The translations under genes and the position numbers were made by a program. The notes below the pieces were generated by a model. The model saw nothing but the letters and a program-made list of their open reading frames with translations, made no database searches and was not told the DNA's origin. This document shows, one piece after another, positions 15,897 to 17,698 of a stretch of DNA of 17,698 nucleotides; the first letter of the stretch is position 1, and every line of letters starts with the position of its first letter. Source of the DNA: Desulfurococcaceae archaeon (GTDB taxonomy: Archaea > Thermoproteota > Thermoprotei_A > Sulfolobales > Desulfurococcaceae); NCBI GenBank assembly GCA_038888155.1, contig JAWAJB010000018.1, positions 1 through 17,698 on the forward strand, read 5' to 3'.

Positions 15897-16907
15897 CTAC
15901 CTCTTTCTTTCCAGAACTTCCGGATTTAGAATCCATAAAGGCCTTTCTCCGTGTAGCATTCTTAGAGCCTCTTCAACGGCTAGGCGATCCATGAGATAGC
16001 AACTTCTGCTGACACCGTAAGCCACATGTGGTGTTATTATAACGTTCTCGAACTGGAATATTGGGTGATTTGGTGGAACCGGCTCGGGGTCAAAGACATC
16101 TAGCGCAGCACCCTTGACTATCCCCTCCTTGAGCGCCCAGATGAGTGCATCAACATCTATTATCTCTCCCCTAGCTGTGTTAATCAGATACACCCCCCTT
16201 TTCATGACCTTAAACTTCTCGAGGTTCAGCAGCTTTCTAGTTTCATTGGTTAGAGGAGCATGTATTGTTATAACATCTGATTGGGCAAGTACTTCTTCGA
16301 TAGTGTTCGCCGCCAGCGCGCCACTCAGCCTAATAAATTCTCTAGAAACATATGGATCGTAAACCATGATTTCTTTAGGCTTGAACGGCTTAATCATCTC
16401 TAGGACTCTGAATCCTATTTCCCCGAGACCTATGAATCCTATTGTTTTATCCATTAATGTGTCGCCTAAGAAGTGCTCGAGATTGCTTGAAGATGGCCAT
16501 TCTCCACTTTTGAGGCGCTGGAAGGTTTGTGGGACCTTCCTCATTATTGAGAGCATCAGGGCCACCGTATGTTCTGCGACAGCATCTTTTAGAACGTACG
16601 AGGGCAGTCTAGATACCATGACGCCGGCCTCTGTTGCATCCTTCAGGTCTATGTTATCGTAGCCGACACCCCACCTGACTATCCCCTTAAGCTTTGGCAG
16701 CCTGCTGAATAGCTCGCGATTGAATATCGGCTGAGACCCGGCTATTATCACGTCGGCGTCCCTTAGCTTCCTCGCGATCTCCTCGACGGGGTCCGTCTTT
16801 TTGGCAAAAGCCCTCGTGAGAGTCACATTATGTCTCTCGAGCAACTGCGTCACGTCAGCTGCAACTCCGAAAAGCTTCGCATTTACGACGGTCAATACCT
16901 TACTCAT
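15897..16907 (-). CDS. D-isomer-specific 2-hydroxyacid dehydrogenase (PGDH/glyoxylate reductase-like)
   Basis: GVGYDNID, AVAEH, Rossmann motif GLGEIG, HAPLT, INTARG, LDVFDPEP and TPHVA. The catalytic Arg, Glu and His are present. Confidence 0.95.
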   Translation of the reverse strand: MSKVLTVVNAKLFGVAADVTQLLERHNVTLTRAFAKKTDPVEEIARKLRDADVIIAGSQPIFNRELFSRLPKLKGIVRWGVGYDNIDLKDATEAGVMVSRLPSYVLKDAVAEHTVALMLSIMRKVPQTFQRLKSGEWPSSSNLEHFLGDTLMDKTIGFIGLGEIGFRVLEMIKPFKPKEIMVYDPYVSREFIRLSGALAANTIEEVLAQSDVITIHAPLTNETRKLLNLEKFKVMKRGVYLINTARGEIIDVDALIWALKEGIVKGAALDVFDPEPVPPNHPIFQFENVIITPHVAYGVSRSCYLMDRLAVEEALRMLHGERPLWILNPEVLERKR

Positions 16908-17073
16908 ACCGCCTGTTCAGCAATTCCATAAGACGAGGCATGAGATAAATATTATCCATCCACAATTCGAAGCGCTTGGAAGCTGATGCTTTGATGTTTT
17001 CACGATAGGTCGTGATCGTCTCACAGAAATAATTTTATCCAAGATCGTTAATGCGTATGTGGGCATTGGTCTG

Positions 17074-17698
17074 ATGAAGTCTAAATGGTGGATTGTATTA
17101 GCCCTGTTGCTGGCTGCCTCAATATCTTTTAGTCTTTCCTATTCGCTCTCTCAGTCCAAAGTAGTAACTCAGACGATAACTGTAACGGAGAGAATTGAAG
17201 CCCCCAAAGTAACTTCGGATGAGGCATATGAGGAAAATGCTCGAGCGCTGCTGCAGCACGTGAAGGAGTGGGTGGAAGCGCGTCGAGGGTTGCGCTTTAA
17301 GGAGGATGTGGGAATCGTGGTTCTCACGAGGGAGTGGGTTATGGAACACTGGGGAGTGGGCGGGCTAAACGCCACACAAGTTATGATCGAGGAGATCGTC
17401 TTGAAGTCCCTATTCATGGTGCCGGAGAACTTCAACTTGACGGATTTCAAGGTTCGGGTAAGCGGCCACATGATAGCCGGCGCGGCCGACCACACGATAT
17501 ACGTCGTGAAGGAATTTTTCGATCCATCAGATAGGGTTGCATTCGGCGCGATTCTCGCGCACGAGCTGATGCACATCCTCCAAGGGGAATATTTCAGCCC
17601 GCCGGCACCTGGCCTCACGGATGAGAGAAATGCTTTAGCAGCCTTGGTTGAGGGCGAGGCAGGATTAGTCGGCTCCCAGTATCTGATAGAGCATGGGG
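17074..17698 (+). CDS. Secreted or membrane-anchored zinc metalloprotease-like surface protein (HExxH), 3'-truncated by the window edge
   Basis: Hand-translated stop-free frame MKSKWWIVLALLLAASISFSLSY... with a signal or anchor, a short Thr-rich linker, RRGLRFKEDV, AHELMHILQ (HExxH at 17560..17574) and LVEGEA (17650..). It is absent from the ORF track because there is no stop in the window. Confidence 0.85.
   Translation, partial: MKSKWWIVLALLLAASISFSLSYSLSQSKVVTQTITVTERIEAPKVTSDEAYEENARALLQHVKEWVEARRGLRFKEDVGIVVLTREWVMEHWGVGGLNATQVMIEEIVLKSLFMVPENFNLTDFKVRVSGHMIAGAADHTIYVVKEFFDPSDRVAFGAILAHELMHILQGEYFSPPAPGLTDERNALAALVEGEAGLVGSQYLIEHG

Noticed and set aside
381-16986. Remaining short ORFs nested in or antisense to the main genes (e.g. 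711..962, 2025..2354, 2896..3228, 3481..3795, 8285..8587, 13847..14260, 14639..14944)
   Set aside because: They overlap well-supported genes and carry no recognisable motifs.
17119-17618. ORFs 17119..17349 (-), 17169..17618 (-) and 17334..17534 (+)
   Set aside because: Antisense or off-frame shadows of the HExxH protein gene starting at 17074.

Overview
Archaeal DNA, probably from a thermophilic TACK-type archaeon (inferred from a group II chaperonin, TATA/BRE-like promoters and a Tat-anchored solute-binding protein with a Thr-rich linker). Nearly the whole window is one carbohydrate uptake and catabolism locus. It holds a CUT2/RbsABC-type ABC importer (two single-domain ATPases, permease, binding protein), a ketose 3-epimerase-family enzyme, an FGGY kinase, a divergent transaldolase-family enzyme, an aldehyde dehydrogenase, a D-2-hydroxyacid dehydrogenase and two paralogous cupins. 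It also holds a TPP-dependent E1 alpha/beta pair, an E2 split into a free lipoyl domain and a free catalytic domain, and no E3 in view. Unusual points: (i) the two ATPase genes face each other and share 127 bp plus 64 bp of perfectly identical DNA, forming an inverted repeat around (ii) a thermosome paralogue whose ATPase motifs are degenerate; (iii) the two ATPases have complementary motif losses, like a split RbsA; (iv) the epimerase and transaldolase-family proteins have non-canonical active-site residues, suggesting an undescribed pathway; (v) a frameshifted epimerase remnant lies at about 12.45-12.65 kb. The window ends in the 5' part of a secreted HExxH metalloprotease gene that the ORF track missed. 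No rRNA, tRNA, CRISPR array or transposase was seen. All alignments and counts were done by eye; no database searches were run.
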